Shown here one piece after another: positions 10,610 to 22,848 of a DNA stretch of 64,000 bases (its first letter is position 1; every line of letters starts with the position of its first letter). The stretch is from Pachysolen tannophilus NRRL Y-2460 (Eukaryota). The stretch covers positions 1,848,418-1,912,417 of the forward strand of contig KV454012.1 of assembly GCA_001661245.1 (NCBI GenBank). Reading direction: 5' to 3'. Below the pieces are notes generated by a model that saw only the letters and a list, made by a program, of their open reading frames with translations, had not been told where the DNA came from and made no database searches. Made by a program: the position numbers and the translations under genes.

Positions 10610-13024
10610 ATGATGGTCACAAAAATAATACCAAGTATTAGTAATAATAATAATCATTATTCGGGTACAACATTAATAAATAATAATACTATTGATAATA
10701 ATAATAGCAAGATAATACCTAATGGGAAGCATATAATACCACGGGATACATATCATACACATCTGCCGCCGTTTCCGTCGGCATCTGCTCATTTGACTTC
10801 TACAAAGAGGGACAATACTTTGCCGCCACTCCAACTGCTGCCTTCATTACAACCACCAATACAATTAAATAAAGAAAAAAGTCAACTAAATAATGATAAA
10901 TTAACAACAACAAAGAAAATTAGATACCAAAAGCAAACTGTAATATTGAATAAAGAAGATCAAGAAAAATTGGAATTTGATGATTTGAAAAAGAAAAAAT
11001 TACAAATTCAATATTTGGATAATTCAAATAATTTACAATCATTAAAGTTTCCCTATTATATAAATACAGATTCAGAATCTTTTAAAAAACATAGAGAACT
11101 TTCTTATGCTTTCAAGAAATCAAGAAAAAATATATTCAACAAGAAAAATGTTGGATTGATTGATATAAAATATGAACTCGATTATGTTAATGATAACGGT
11201 AATGAATCATCTGATGGAAAGACTCAAAATGGAGAACAAAAACTGTCATTGGGATCAAAACCAATAATGAGATGGTCCGCAGTTGTAGAACAAAGCGTTC
11301 TGAAATCAAAATCAAAACAAAAATCAAAGAATTTATTGACCGAACATATGAATGGATCTTCTAATGAATATTCTAATGCTACTTCAACTGATACTTCGTC
11401 AGCGTCATCACCAAAGGCATCGATAACGGCCCCTGCATCTACTCAAGCATCATCTTCAGTTATCCCTGTATATAACAATAATCAGTTGCAACCATTGGGT
11501 GCTGTAGTATTGAGACTCATGTATGATGAAAAATATATTGATATATATAAACTTCCATTACCAAAAATCACACCGCATGGATTGATTAATACTGGTAATA
11601 TATGTTACATGAACTCTATTTTACAGATGTTATTATATTGTTCTCCTTTTTATAATTTTTTAAAAGTGATTCATGATAAGACAATAGCAAAAATTGGAAG
11701 CACTTCAAAAACACCATTATTGGATGCTATCATTGAATTTATAAGTTGGTTTAATAATAATGGTCCCGAAGGTGAGCAGAAGCAGCTCAACAATATTCGA
11801 ACTCCTCAACCATCACAAAATTCATCACCAAAGCAAGCTTTAGCACAGAAACTGACGTCTTCTTCACTGACATCGAAAAATTCAATTTTCGGTTCACCTC
11901 TCTCTCCTGATAGTTTTTACAAGGCTTTATCCACACATCAAAGGTTTCAGCATTTAAAATGGGGGCAGCAAGAAGATGCAGAAGAGTTTTTAGGTTATCT
12001 TTTAGATGGCTTGCATGAAGAATTTGTTGAAAGCATTAAAAATTTAAAAAATGATGAAAAAACCACATTAATGAATTCGTTATCAACTAATGAATCAAAA
12101 CAATTAGTTCTGAACGCTATTCAACTTGTAAATAGAAACAATAAAGGAAATACTAGCGATGAAACAAAGACTTTATTATCAGAAAATAATGATACACAAA
12201 GCAATGGCAGTGTGAAGGCAAATGATGTTAATGATGAGGATGATGGCTGGCATGAAGTTGGAGCGAATAAAAAAATTGCTGCAAAGAGAACAGTGGAAAT
12301 TAAACCTTCTCCAATAACTTTCTTGTTTGGAGGCCAATTTAGATCTGTATTAGAAGTTCCAAAACAAAAGGAGTCTAAATCAATCACATTAGATCCATTT
12401 CAGCACGTTCAATTGGATATATCTGATAACAGGGTTGAAACTTTGGAGGATGCTTTCAAGTTGTTATCGGAACCTGAAGAGATACCTTATAAGTCAAATC
12501 ATGGGAAAGAAGTTATGGCAAGAAAGCAAAATTTTATTGATAAATTACCAAATATCTTGATTATTCATTTGAAGAGGTTTTCCTATATTAAAAAACCAGA
12601 AAATGGTAATGGTCAAGTATACCCATTATCTAATGGTTCAGCAACGAATTCTGTTTCATCAGCAACATCTCCTATCTTCAATAATTCACAATATAATGCA
12701 TACTCTTATTCTTTTGGAAGGATTGAGAAATTACGTAAAAAAATAGTATACAGTCATGATTTGGAAATCCCATTAGAATGCATATCATTAGAATCACGCA
12801 AGTTCAATAATAAGGGTAATCTGAGAAATTATAAATTAAATGGAGTTGTATATCATCATGGTACAAGTGCTGAAGATGGTCATTATACTGTTGATGTTTT
12901 AAGAAAAGCTGGTAGCTGGATTCGAATTGATGATGGTAATATTTACGAATTAGCAGAGGATGATGTGTTGAATAACACTGATGATATAAGAAGTGCTTAT
13001 ATTTTAATGTATCAAAAAGTTTAA
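10610..13024 (+). CDS. UBP3: Ubiquitin-specific protease Ubp3
   Basis: Cys box GLINTGNICYMNSILQ, WGQQEDAEEFLGYLLDGLHEEF, His box YHHG...GHYT, and AKRTVEIKPSPI. First ATG is at 10610. Confidence 0.92.
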   Translation: MMVTKIIPSISNNNNHYSGTTLINNNTIDNNNSKIIPNGKHIIPRDTYHTHLPPFPSASAHLTSTKRDNTLPPLQLLPSLQPPIQLNKEKSQLNNDKLTTTKKIRYQKQTVILNKEDQEKLEFDDLKKKKLQIQYLDNSNNLQSLKFPYYINTDSESFKKHRELSYAFKKSRKNIFNKKNVGLIDIKYELDYVNDNGNESSDGKTQNGEQKLSLGSKPIMRWSAVVEQSVLKSKSKQKSKNLLTEHMNGSSNEYSNATSTDTSSASSPKASITAPASTQASSSVIPVYNNNQLQPLGAVVLRLMYDEKYIDIYKLPLPKITPHGLINTGNICYMNSILQMLLYCSPFYNFLKVIHDKTIAKIGSTSKTPLLDAIIEFISWFNNNGPEGEQKQLNNIRTPQPSQNSSPKQALAQKLTSSSLTSKNSIFGSPLSPDSFYKALSTHQRFQHLKWGQQEDAEEFLGYLLDGLHEEFVESIKNLKNDEKTTLMNSLSTNESKQLVLNAIQLVNRNNKGNTSDETKTLLSENNDTQSNGSVKANDVNDEDDGWHEVGANKKIAAKRTVEIKPSPITFLFGGQFRSVLEVPKQKESKSITLDPFQHVQLDISDNRVETLEDAFKLLSEPEEIPYKSNHGKEVMARKQNFIDKLPNILIIHLKRFSYIKKPENGNGQVYPLSNGSATNSVSSATSPIFNNSQYNAYSYSFGRIEKLRKKIVYSHDLEIPLECISLESRKFNNKGNLRNYKLNGVVYHHGTSAEDGHYTVDVLRKAGSWIRIDDGNIYELAEDDVLNNTDDIRSAYILMYQKV

Positions 13025-13878
13025 TAGAGGAGTAATAGTAATAATAGCAAGCCAAGAAAACAATAAAAAAAAAAAAAAAAAAAAGAAAGAAAAAGAAAAA
13101 AAAAAGTACTACAATCAGGAGAAATAAAAGCAGTAATTACTTCCAACCATTCATCATTGTTTTGTTTTTTATCGTTCATTTTTTTTTTTATTCCAAAAAG
13201 TTTTTTTTTAAGGTGGGTCATATGATAATACATATATAAAATTGAATGTTTTTTCTTTTTAGAATTTTAGGATCCAAATGTTTTTTTTTTTTTTTAGTTC
13301 TTTGTTTATCAGCTTCTTGTTTCTACTTTTCATATTTCTTCTTTCATATCCATTTAAACCTCTTTTTTATACATCAATCTATTATAATTATAATCGATTT
13401 GGTTTCTTAAATTTAACTAAAATTTTCAAAATTATTGTAGTGTATCGTTTTACCAATAATTTATCATCGATTCATCGAATTCCTATTTGTGATAGATCTT
13501 CAATATAATAATAATTATATATAATAAAACATTAACTTGTTAATTTATTGTAAAATAGGAAAAAATAAGAAAGGTTTTATAAGTTGTTTTTATAAATCAT
13601 TATTTTTTTCGATATTTGCTTGATCATTTATTATATTAACTATTATCGTTTGATTAATCATAATAGTTTGCATTTTCTCTGTCTTTTGTAATAGAGAGAT
13701 AGAGATAGAGCTTGGGGGAAAAAAAAGGTAAATAGGTTAAAAGGTAAAAAAAAAAAAAAAAAAAGAGAAAGAAAAAGAAAAGAATTATAAGAAAAAAAAG
13801 AACTTCATTGCTGCTCATACAATACTATATAAATCAGATAAAAAGAACAATAATTTTTTCACTTGTATAAATTTAAAG

Positions 13879-14427
13879 ATGTCAAGAGCACGTAAGATAG
13901 CAGTTGTTGGATCCAGGTCGGTTGGTAAATCTTCAATGACAGTTCAATATGTTGAAGAGCATTTTGTAGAAAGTTATTACCCCACAATTGAAAATCAATT
14001 TTCCAAGACTATTAGCTTTAAGAATCAAGAATATGCTATAGAGATATTAGATACTGCAGGTCAGGATGAGTTTTCAATAATGAATCAAAAACATTTGATT
14101 GGTATACATGGTTATATTTTGGTATATTCGATAGCATCTAAAAATTCATTTGATATGTTACAAGTAATCAGGGATAAGATAATAGATAGTACTGGAAATG
14201 AGCATTTACCAATGATTGTAGTTGGAAATAAAAATGATTTAGAACTGCAAAGGCAAGTAACAAGGTCAGAAGGAGAAAATTGGGCCAAATCTTTTGGGTA
14301 TAAGTTTATCGAATGTTCTGCTAGAACAAATAGCAATGTTGATCAAGTTTTTGAATTGTTAATTCTGGAAATTGAAAAGGCTCTGAATCCAGGAAGTGAA
14401 AAAGAAGAAAAATGTGTTATAACATAA
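13879..14427 (+). CDS. RHB1: Rheb small GTPase
   Basis: GSRSVGKS (Rheb-type Arg in G1), ESYYPTIEN effector loop, DTAGQDE, NKND, CAAX box CVIT. Confidence 0.95.
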   Translation: MSRARKIAVVGSRSVGKSSMTVQYVEEHFVESYYPTIENQFSKTISFKNQEYAIEILDTAGQDEFSIMNQKHLIGIHGYILVYSIASKNSFDMLQVIRDKIIDSTGNEHLPMIVVGNKNDLELQRQVTRSEGENWAKSFGYKFIECSARTNSNVDQVFELLILEIEKALNPGSEKEEKCVIT

Positions 14428-14617
14428 TTATAGCATAATTTTTTTTAATTTTTTTTTTTCATTTTATTATTAACTGGGAATTAACTTTTCAAATTTTTTA
14501 TTTCTATTTCCATTTCCTTTTTCTTGTTCTTGTTTTGTTTTTTTTTTCAACTATGGATTTTTCGATTTTTTATTTTATCTTTGGCATCATTAGCTTTTTC
14601 AACTTTATAACTTTAAT

Positions 14618-14649
<32 letters not shown>

Positions 14650-14950
14650 NNNNNNNNNNNNNNNNNNNNNNNNNNNNNNNNNNNNNNNNNNNNNNNNNNN
14701 NNNNNNNNNNNNNNNNNNNNNNNNNNNNNNNNNNNNNNNNNNNNNNNNNNNNNNNNNNNNNNNNNNNNNNNNNNNNNNNNNNNNNNNNNNNNNNNNNNNN
14801 NNNNNNNNNNNNNNNNNNNNNNNNNNNNNNNNNNNNNNNNNNNNNNNNNNNNNNNNNNNNNNNNNNNNNNNNNNNNNNNNNNNNNNNNNNNNNNNNNNNN
14901 NNNNNNNNNNNNNNNNNNNNNNNNNNNNNNNNNNNNNNNNNNNNNNNNNN
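14650..14950. other. Assembly gap (N run) with duplicated flanks
   Basis: N run; 14951-15050 is a noisy copy, with extra Ts, of about 14548-14649. Confidence 0.95.
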
Positions 14951-17900
14951 CTAACTATGGTATTTTTCGTATTTTTTATTTTATTCTTTGGCATCATTAG
15001 TCTTTTCTAACTTTATTAACTTTAATTTATTTTTTTTTTTTTTTTTTTTTTTGAATTGTATATGTATTTTTTTTTTTGGTTCTATTGGTTAGAGCATAGG
15101 TAAATGACAGTTTTAAAATTGCAATATTTGTATTTTTTATTACGACTAATAGCTAGCCGATTAATTCTATTGAATTAATATGCAGAAGCAAGATCTCAAC
15201 CAAAGGGTAAGTAAGTGAGTGCGTATATACATAGTATACTATGTATACATAATATACATAATATACATATTCTACATAATGTACATAAACTGTCTCGGAC
15301 AAACTTTACTTGTAAAATTTCAAATCAGCGTGAGTTGACATAATAATGGACCAAAATCAAGGTTGATGATGTTCTCTTTAATTGAAAAGAGCAAGTATAT
15401 CTTTATTCTTATTTTTTTGGAGAAATAACATGATTGTTATACAACATAGCCTCTATATTTTGTTATCAGAAGAAAGATTCACATAATTTACTTTAATTTA
15501 AATTTATTTAATTCAATTGTCATATTGTCATGGGTAGGTAGGTATCAAGTAAAAAGAAAAGGCTAAACAAAAAAAAAAGTTGCTCATTTTAAAGTTTATG
15601 GATCTTTTCTTCCCCTTTCTCTTCCGTTTTCTCTTCCTGCTTCATTTTATAGAAAAATAAAATAAATTCAAGTTACTTATGTTAGATCTATTAGATAAAT
15701 GTATGTAAGAATAGTGTGTATAAGTATTATTTGAACGTTTTAACACTAGTTTAGACCTTGCTGCTTGAGACAATACCAAAAACAAAAAAAAATACAATAA
15801 TAATGAAAAACCGTCAAAACCGCCAGCATACGTCAAAGAATTACATATAAGGTCACCCCTCTTTATGCTCTTCTCGGCATTTTTTTCCTCATTACTTGTT
15901 GAGATGAGGTTACAGAAAGAAAAGAAACCCAAAAAAACAAAACAAAAAAAAATTAGTTTCTACAGTTCAAAATTACAGTAGGTGAAACCGAGAAGGTTTT
16001 TTCCCAAAAAAGTCCAAGACTAGAACTAGGTAGCTAAATAAATAGAATGCTTTATAGTTTAGCAGAGTAACTATCGGTAAATTTCTGGAGTACTAAACTG
16101 CAAACAATATATAAATATATAATATATATATCTGCCAGCAAGTAGGTTTTATTGAAGATCATTACAATAAATATCAGACATATCATTATTAGATAGATAC
16201 AGAAAGAAAGATGTATTCAAAAACTTGTTTCCCTTTATATGCTTTAGTAGTTTTACATCTCAGCTAGAATATGTATTTTACATTGCGCAATAAAATTTCT
16301 TTTTATTTTTTTTAATTTTTGTTTTTTCACCATCCTGCATATCTCACTATAGCTGCTGTATTATACAAAGTTAACTTTCTTTTAAGTAGATCGCAAGGAG
16401 AGCCCGATTTGATTGGACAAGCTAGATGGAAATAATGGGGTCATGACGAGATCACCTCTGGTAAGAGAGTTCCTAGAACTTTTTTTCTTTTTTCTCTATC
16501 TCCTATATAGATAGATGAAACTGAAATCAATTATTGCTTCTTGCAGTTTCACAGTTACCAGAAATACATAAATACATAATTCGCATAATAAAGCAAGTTT
16601 TTGAAGAGTAAAGGGTAAAGAGTAAAGCGTAAAGTTGAAAGTGAAGGAAAAATTGGGTTTCTGTTGTCTGTTGTTTGTTGTCCGTTGAAAAACAAAAAAT
16701 CACCGGGCACATAATTTATACCGTTGAAACCAGTCAAGCCTGCACTAGCCAAGCTAATAACTAGCCCAACTCGCAGGGGCTCATTGGTTAATTGGTTTAT
16801 TGACTTTTTAGCTTAATGGCTTATTAGCTTATTACCTTATTGGCTCTTTGGGCGCTTAAAAAAAAAAAAAAAAGAAAAAAAAAATTCATTGTTATAGAAT
16901 GCGGGCAAAAAAATAGAAAAAAAACCAAAAAAACGAAAAAAGGGGCTGGGCAACTCTTAACTAATTAGTTTTTGCCCAAGAAATTCACTGCTTTTTGGTG
17001 AAAAGAAAAAGGTGGTTGAACATCGACCATCGAACATCGAACAAGATACAAAGTTTCTCACTCGCCACTTGCCACTTGCCTCTTTCCTCTTGCCGCTTGC
17101 CGCTTGCCTGTTACTGCTTGCCTGTTACTGCTTACTGCTTATTTTTTTTTTGCCAAATATACGCAGCTTTCTGTGTCATGTCCTGTTGGTCCATCTGCGC
17201 TTATGTATTACGAAAATCTTACTTATTCAATCTTATAATCTCTTACAAATGGTGGAAAGTGCTTCATAACTTAGAAGTTCTGTACGAACCATGCTCTGAA
17301 TTTTGTACATTTTTTTTTTTTTTTTTTTCTACTTTTTTCTTTTTCCTCTTTTATTGAATTATTATTATTATTATTATTCTTCTTTCCTGGAAATATAAAA
17401 TATTATCAGAGAGAGAAAGAGATAAAAAAGGAAGAAAAAGAAGAAGTAAAAAAAAAAAAAAAAAAAAACACACACACACAATTGATTACTTCTATTAATC
17501 AATTATTAATTAAAGTATTATATATATCACCTTAATTTCTATATAATTAAACAGGGGGATTCTTTTTATTGGGTTAGAATTTGAAGATAGAAAGATTTAC
17601 CCTTTGAGAAATTAAATTACAACACATCATATTATTAGTGGACATTCTTACTAATATATATATATATAAATATATATAATAATAATAATTATTATTAAGC
17701 GCCGATACAATAATTTCAATTTCAGTTTTAAATTTTTAATAAAACTTGATAAATCTTGATCGGATTATTAAAAATCATTACTATATTATTATTTTTATTT
17801 GATTTTTCGTTTTAAAATCACACTAGTTAAGTTGGTCAAGTTCCTGAAATTTTAGAGAGATTTAACAACTTACTTACATAATAATAATACTTTTTTTTTT

Positions 17901-18010
17901 TTTATTTTAATTATTATTATTGTTATTATTATTTTTTCCAAAAAATCGATTTTTCCGTAAAGAAAAATAGAAAACATTTTGTTAATATTATATTTATTTT
18001 TTTATATTGG

Positions 18011-19579
18011 ATGTTTAATAGCAATCACCAAAATAACACCAATAATACCAGAAATTCAATAACAACAAATATGAATTTGAATAATACAGGTGGAAGTTCT
18101 TTTTTCGGACATACTGCTGCAATGACAATACCAAATTCTGGCGGGAATGAAGGGCCCCAGCCGATAGATATTACATATCAAAGGTCAAATTCAATATATC
18201 AAAATCCAAGATTAAGAAGAGAAAGTATTGCACACTCACAAGGTATGGGAGGGATATCTTGGGGGTCTGTTACAATTGGATCATGGTTAAAAGATGAAGT
18301 TATGTTGTTGAATAATTATAGTAATCAGGCAAATCATCTTAATTCTACACAAAGTGGTGGTGGTAGTGGTAGTGGTGGTGGCGCTAATAGTGGAAGTCAT
18401 CTGTTTAATACCCTGCAAAATTTAAATAATTTGGGGATAAATAATAATAATCATGGCAATAATAATAATAATAATCATGGTAATAATCATAATAATCATA
18501 ATCTTAATAATAATAACAGTGGGATGGGAATGTCACCTTCTTTTAACAATCCTTCATACTTGGCAAATTTAGAAGCTGATTATTGTAAAGATTATTCATG
18601 TTGCGGCCAATTATTGCCGACGTTGCACGACCTTTTGAGACACTATGAAGAGATGCATATACAACCTTCTCCTCCAATGGAAACACCAAGAGCAAGACCA
18701 ATAAATAATATAATGGATACGGTATCTACTAATGAAGTTTTTTTAGCTCAAGGTGATAATGGTAGTAATTTTGAAGATGTACCTGGTAATAATTTGAGTA
18801 ATTTTCAGCGTCAACAAGATCAATTGAATAATTCAAATAATAATAACAGCAATAGCAATAGCAATAGTAACAACAACAACAACAATAATAGTAATAGTAA
18901 TAATAATAATAGCAATAATGGTAATAATTTTCAGATACAGAATAGTAATATGAGTGGAGATTTTAATTTTGGAACAACAACTAATTTGAATTTACAGCAA
19001 CAACAACATCAACAGTTGAATAATTTGACTCCTCAGCTGCAGCATGCTAATTTGCAAAAACAACAGCAACAATCCTCTCCTCAACAACAACAATTACATC
19101 AACAGCAGCAGCAACATCATCATTCACCACAACAACATCAATCACCGCAACAACAGCAACAACAACAGCAACATCACCATCAGCAGCAGCTGCTGTTGCT
19201 GCTGCGTCAAATTGTATCTTCATCGCTGCAATCACCTTCTAATGATCAACAATTTTCAATGGACGAAGACGGAGATGAAGATATGTGTATAGACGACCCG
19301 GCTAGACATCTTTACGTGCTAGAAAGAGGTGAACATAGACCTTATAGGTGTCCCGTTATTGGATGTGATAAAACTTACAAAAATCAAAATGGTTTGAAGT
19401 ATCATAGATTACATGGTCATCAAAATCAACTATTACAACAGAATCCAGATGGTACTTTCAGCATAATTGATCCCGATGGATCAAGTGAAAAGGATAAACC
19501 GTATGCATGTGCTGTTTGCGGTAAAAGGTATAAAAATCTTAACGGACTCAAATATCATAGAGCTCATTCCACTCATTAA
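18011..19579 (+). CDS. SFP1: Split zinc-finger transcription factor Sfp1
   Basis: RRESIAHSQGMGGISWGS, YCKDYSCCG...LHDLLRHYEEMH, CPVIGCDKTYKNQNGLKYH, CAVCGKRYKNLNGLKYH; N/Q-rich linkers. Confidence 0.96.
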   Translation: MFNSNHQNNTNNTRNSITTNMNLNNTGGSSFFGHTAAMTIPNSGGNEGPQPIDITYQRSNSIYQNPRLRRESIAHSQGMGGISWGSVTIGSWLKDEVMLLNNYSNQANHLNSTQSGGGSGSGGGANSGSHLFNTLQNLNNLGINNNNHGNNNNNNHGNNHNNHNLNNNNSGMGMSPSFNNPSYLANLEADYCKDYSCCGQLLPTLHDLLRHYEEMHIQPSPPMETPRARPINNIMDTVSTNEVFLAQGDNGSNFEDVPGNNLSNFQRQQDQLNNSNNNNSNSNSNSNNNNNNNSNSNNNNSNNGNNFQIQNSNMSGDFNFGTTTNLNLQQQQHQQLNNLTPQLQHANLQKQQQQSSPQQQQLHQQQQQHHHSPQQHQSPQQQQQQQQHHHQQQLLLLLRQIVSSSLQSPSNDQQFSMDEDGDEDMCIDDPARHLYVLERGEHRPYRCPVIGCDKTYKNQNGLKYHRLHGHQNQLLQQNPDGTFSIIDPDGSSEKDKPYACAVCGKRYKNLNGLKYHRAHSTH

Positions 19580-20138
19580 GGAAAATTTTGTATATTTTAA
19601 TGTCTCAATTCGTGCTTATTGCTTTCAGCTTTGTATTTTTTTTATTTTTTATTCTTTTTTATTCTTTTTTATTATAATTTTTTTTTTATTTTTATTACTT
19701 TTTTTTTTCTTTTCCTTCTTCATTTATTTATTGTATTGAATAGTTTCATATATGAGGAGTGGAAACAAAAATATCGTTTGACCTTTTTCTTGACGATTTT
19801 TTATTTTATTTTATTTTATCTTTTTGTGTTCAAGTTGTTCTAACTTTTCAGTTTTTGATTGTTTTATTTTTATTGGGAGGGCTACATAAAAGATTTTTTT
19901 TTTTTGATTTTTTAATTTATTTTTTTTTTTATTTCTAATCGATATACACTTTAAAAAGATATATATGTATATATATATTTATATATGGGATTGCTTGTTC
20001 CTTTAGAAGAATGAATACCATTTTTTTTTTCAAAAAAATAAAAACCTTTCTTGACTTTTTTTTAACCAGGAATGTAAAATGTAAATGGAGTTTTAATGGA
20101 CTTAACAAACCTGAAAACACTGTAGGGAGGAAGGTTTC

Positions 20139-20170
<32 letters not shown>

Positions 20171-20324
20171 TCTTGGCCTTAACTGGGTTTTCAAATACAG
20201 GAAAGATGAATTTGTAGTCTAATAGTCTCTTGGTTGTTGTGTCTATATATCATCAAATTATCTTTTATTTTGTCCATTTATGTCTGAAGTTAGTTGAAAT
20301 GGGTTTTTTCTCAAAGAGGACATC

Positions 20325-20351
20325 CGCGTCAAACGCGTCATGTGTCCGCGA
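20325..20351. promoter_or_regulatory. CGCG / MCB-like cluster upstream of seipin
   Basis: CCGCGT, ACGCGT (20333-20338) and CCGCGA within 30 bp in AT-rich DNA. Confidence 0.4.
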
Positions 20352-20477
20352 TGACAAAAAGTGACTTGAAATGGCAAAGAAGAATAGTAAACAATAGAAA
20401 CTAGTTCATGAGTAATTTGATTTCAAATAGTTTTCCTTGATGGTATATTCATTGGTGAAGAAGATTATAGGTTTAAG

Positions 20478-22361
20478 ATGGTTAGTGTTCATGTTGGCTT
20501 ACCACTAGCATTGACAAGGTCAACTTTATATATAGTGGCAACATTTTTTTCAATTGTCTTGGTTCTATTCCCGATATCTGTAATAACGTATTTAAAGTTT
20601 TATTCCAGTTTGATACCTTCACCTTCTCCATTTTCATTGTTATCAGGAATTCCTTCAAGTCAATACTCGCTGCAGTATCAAGGGGGGTACCGTAATTATA
20701 ATTTGAATTTTAAAATTGATGATGTTCGGAAAAGGCAGTATTTAGTATTGGATATGCTGGATTTGCTTCAGTTAGTGCTGCTCGATAATGGAATTAGTTA
20801 TGACCTTGATTTGCTCATTGTTAGTTTCTGTAATATGAATTCTAACATGTTTGGTCTTGTTTCTGAAAGGACAAGTAAAAATCATTTATTGGTGGGGAGT
20901 ACGATAAGTATTATTGATGAACAGTTATATAATTCTAGAAATTTAGAAAATAAGAAAAAGAGAAAAACCAGTAATACTAAAAGGAGATTGATGCTCTTTG
21001 AGAATGATGATGATGATGATATTGTTGATTTAACATATACTTTTGAAACAAGCGAGTCGGATGTAACCAGTAGCTTATTTTATTCTACAGATCATGACTT
21101 GATAAGGAAAAATTTTGAGAAAGATCAAATTTACCTTGTTAAAGAATCCAATTTTATAATTCATTGTAATGAGAATAGTAATGGTTACTACAATGGAATT
21201 GATAGTTTGAATAATATGAGGTTTTCAAACAAGTTTGAAAGCAGTAGCACCAGTGCAGATGGTAGAAGTCTTCTTGGTGGTGGCAGTGAAGACGATACAT
21301 TATTAGCCAAGTTAGTACCACGTATATTCCATTTTTTCATTCCACCTTTTTTACTTCATCGCTCATCAGCTTTATTTTCTTGGTATTCTTGGTCCTCTCC
21401 AATGGGTCTCTCGAATATAAATTATTCTAAAGGTGGACTCAATGTTGTGACTCTTAATTTATTGAAAAATTTTGAATTTCAAAATTCTCATTCACAATTC
21501 TTGAAAAAGGCAAAATTAATAGTCGAATTCAACAGCGACAAAATACTTATTGATTCCCAGCTTTCTGCCTTGAGAATGGTTCCTAATTATAAAGGTTTGA
21601 GATATTACTTATACAACCATTATTATGTGTGCTTAATTATTGGAATTACACTATCTTGGTTTGTTTCCAGTTTTGTATGTTTGATTATTGCAAGTTTAGT
21701 ATTGGTAAAGTTTGGAAATTATAATGATTTGGAGAATAGTAGTCCCGGTAAATTACTAAATGATGCTGATAATGATAATAATGATAGCGATGACGCTGGC
21801 GATAAAGCAGGAGGCCGCGGTCATAGTACTAATAACAAACATGACAGTAATGTCGGTATCGTAAAATATGATAATGGACAGAGTCAAAAAAACAACAAAA
21901 GGGCAAGTGCAAATCATCATATTTATTCTATTTACGGTAACAGAGATATTGGGATTAATTCAATTAAATCACAAAAGCAGTCTGGCATAGATACGTCTTC
22001 ATCATCGTCATCACCATCAGCCGTTACTTCTCCCAGAAGGCATAGAGTGCAATTGGATATTAGTCGTAGAAATATAGGAACTAACACATCCATTGGGAAC
22101 AAAAATACAAATGATCGCAATAAGTATGCTGATAACAGAAGAGGGATAGAAAGCAATTTACATCATACTCGTGGTAATAGAAATGAAGCCATTCCAACTG
22201 AAAGTAGTTTTTTTGAGAGTAATAACAGTGATTACAGTAGCGCAACTGCATCACAAGTGGATGGTGAAGATGATGATAGTAATGGTTACGATAGTGCAGA
22301 TACTGGAACTAGTAATAACAGTGTCTTGGAAAATTTGAGCATTTTAATTGGAGAAGAATAA
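20478..22361 (+). CDS. SEI1: Seipin (lipid-droplet biogenesis) with a long hydrophilic C-terminal tail
   Basis: Two transmembrane segments flank a luminal domain; GLRYYLYNHYYVCLIIG precedes TM2, a seipin-like motif. Tandem with SFP1, as YLR403W and YLR404W are in S. cerevisiae. Confidence 0.75.
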   Translation: MVSVHVGLPLALTRSTLYIVATFFSIVLVLFPISVITYLKFYSSLIPSPSPFSLLSGIPSSQYSLQYQGGYRNYNLNFKIDDVRKRQYLVLDMLDLLQLVLLDNGISYDLDLLIVSFCNMNSNMFGLVSERTSKNHLLVGSTISIIDEQLYNSRNLENKKKRKTSNTKRRLMLFENDDDDDIVDLTYTFETSESDVTSSLFYSTDHDLIRKNFEKDQIYLVKESNFIIHCNENSNGYYNGIDSLNNMRFSNKFESSSTSADGRSLLGGGSEDDTLLAKLVPRIFHFFIPPFLLHRSSALFSWYSWSSPMGLSNINYSKGGLNVVTLNLLKNFEFQNSHSQFLKKAKLIVEFNSDKILIDSQLSALRMVPNYKGLRYYLYNHYYVCLIIGITLSWFVSSFVCLIIASLVLVKFGNYNDLENSSPGKLLNDADNDNNDSDDAGDKAGGRGHSTNNKHDSNVGIVKYDNGQSQKNNKRASANHHIYSIYGNRDIGINSIKSQKQSGIDTSSSSSSPSAVTSPRRHRVQLDISRRNIGTNTSIGNKNTNDRNKYADNRRGIESNLHHTRGNRNEAIPTESSFFESNNSDYSSATASQVDGEDDDSNGYDSADTGTSNNSVLENLSILIGEE

Positions 22362-22848
22362 TAAACATGAATTTTTTTTAAAAAATGGGGTTTACCACTA
22401 AAGAAAGTAGTTCGGTTAAAGGAAAATAGGTAATTGTAAATTTATTGGGTTCATACATTTTTTTTATTCATTTCTTTTCTGTAATTGTGTGTTCTTTTTT
22501 TTTTGTTTTTTTTTTTTTAGTTGTTGTCTTGACTTTTAGCAGTAACAAAGGAAGCAAAATATTAGATAATAATAATAAAATTAAGTAATTCATAATCACA
22601 TATAGTACAAGTCTTTTAAAATGCTTGGCAATAGAAAAACAGCCAGGGAAATATAAAAAAAAATTATATAATAAAAATAAAATAAAGACTCCAACAAATA
22701 GGGTAAGATTTAAAAAAACAGAGCAATCGTCTCTAATCAGTATAAAAAATAAACTTAAAGCATAAAAATTAAGTACCGATCAACTAATCAGGAAAATATA
22801 TATATTGGTTTTTTGTTTTTTCGAAAAAATGGAAAATGTGAGTGAACT

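Noticed and set aside
14548..15050. Direct repeat around the first gap
   Set aside because: The second copy differs only by inserted Ts, consistent with low-quality homopolymer read ends; assembly artefact.
15180..15220. ATG mini-exon MQKQDLNQR followed by GTAAGT
   Set aside because: No TACTAAC branch point or plausible downstream coding exon was found.
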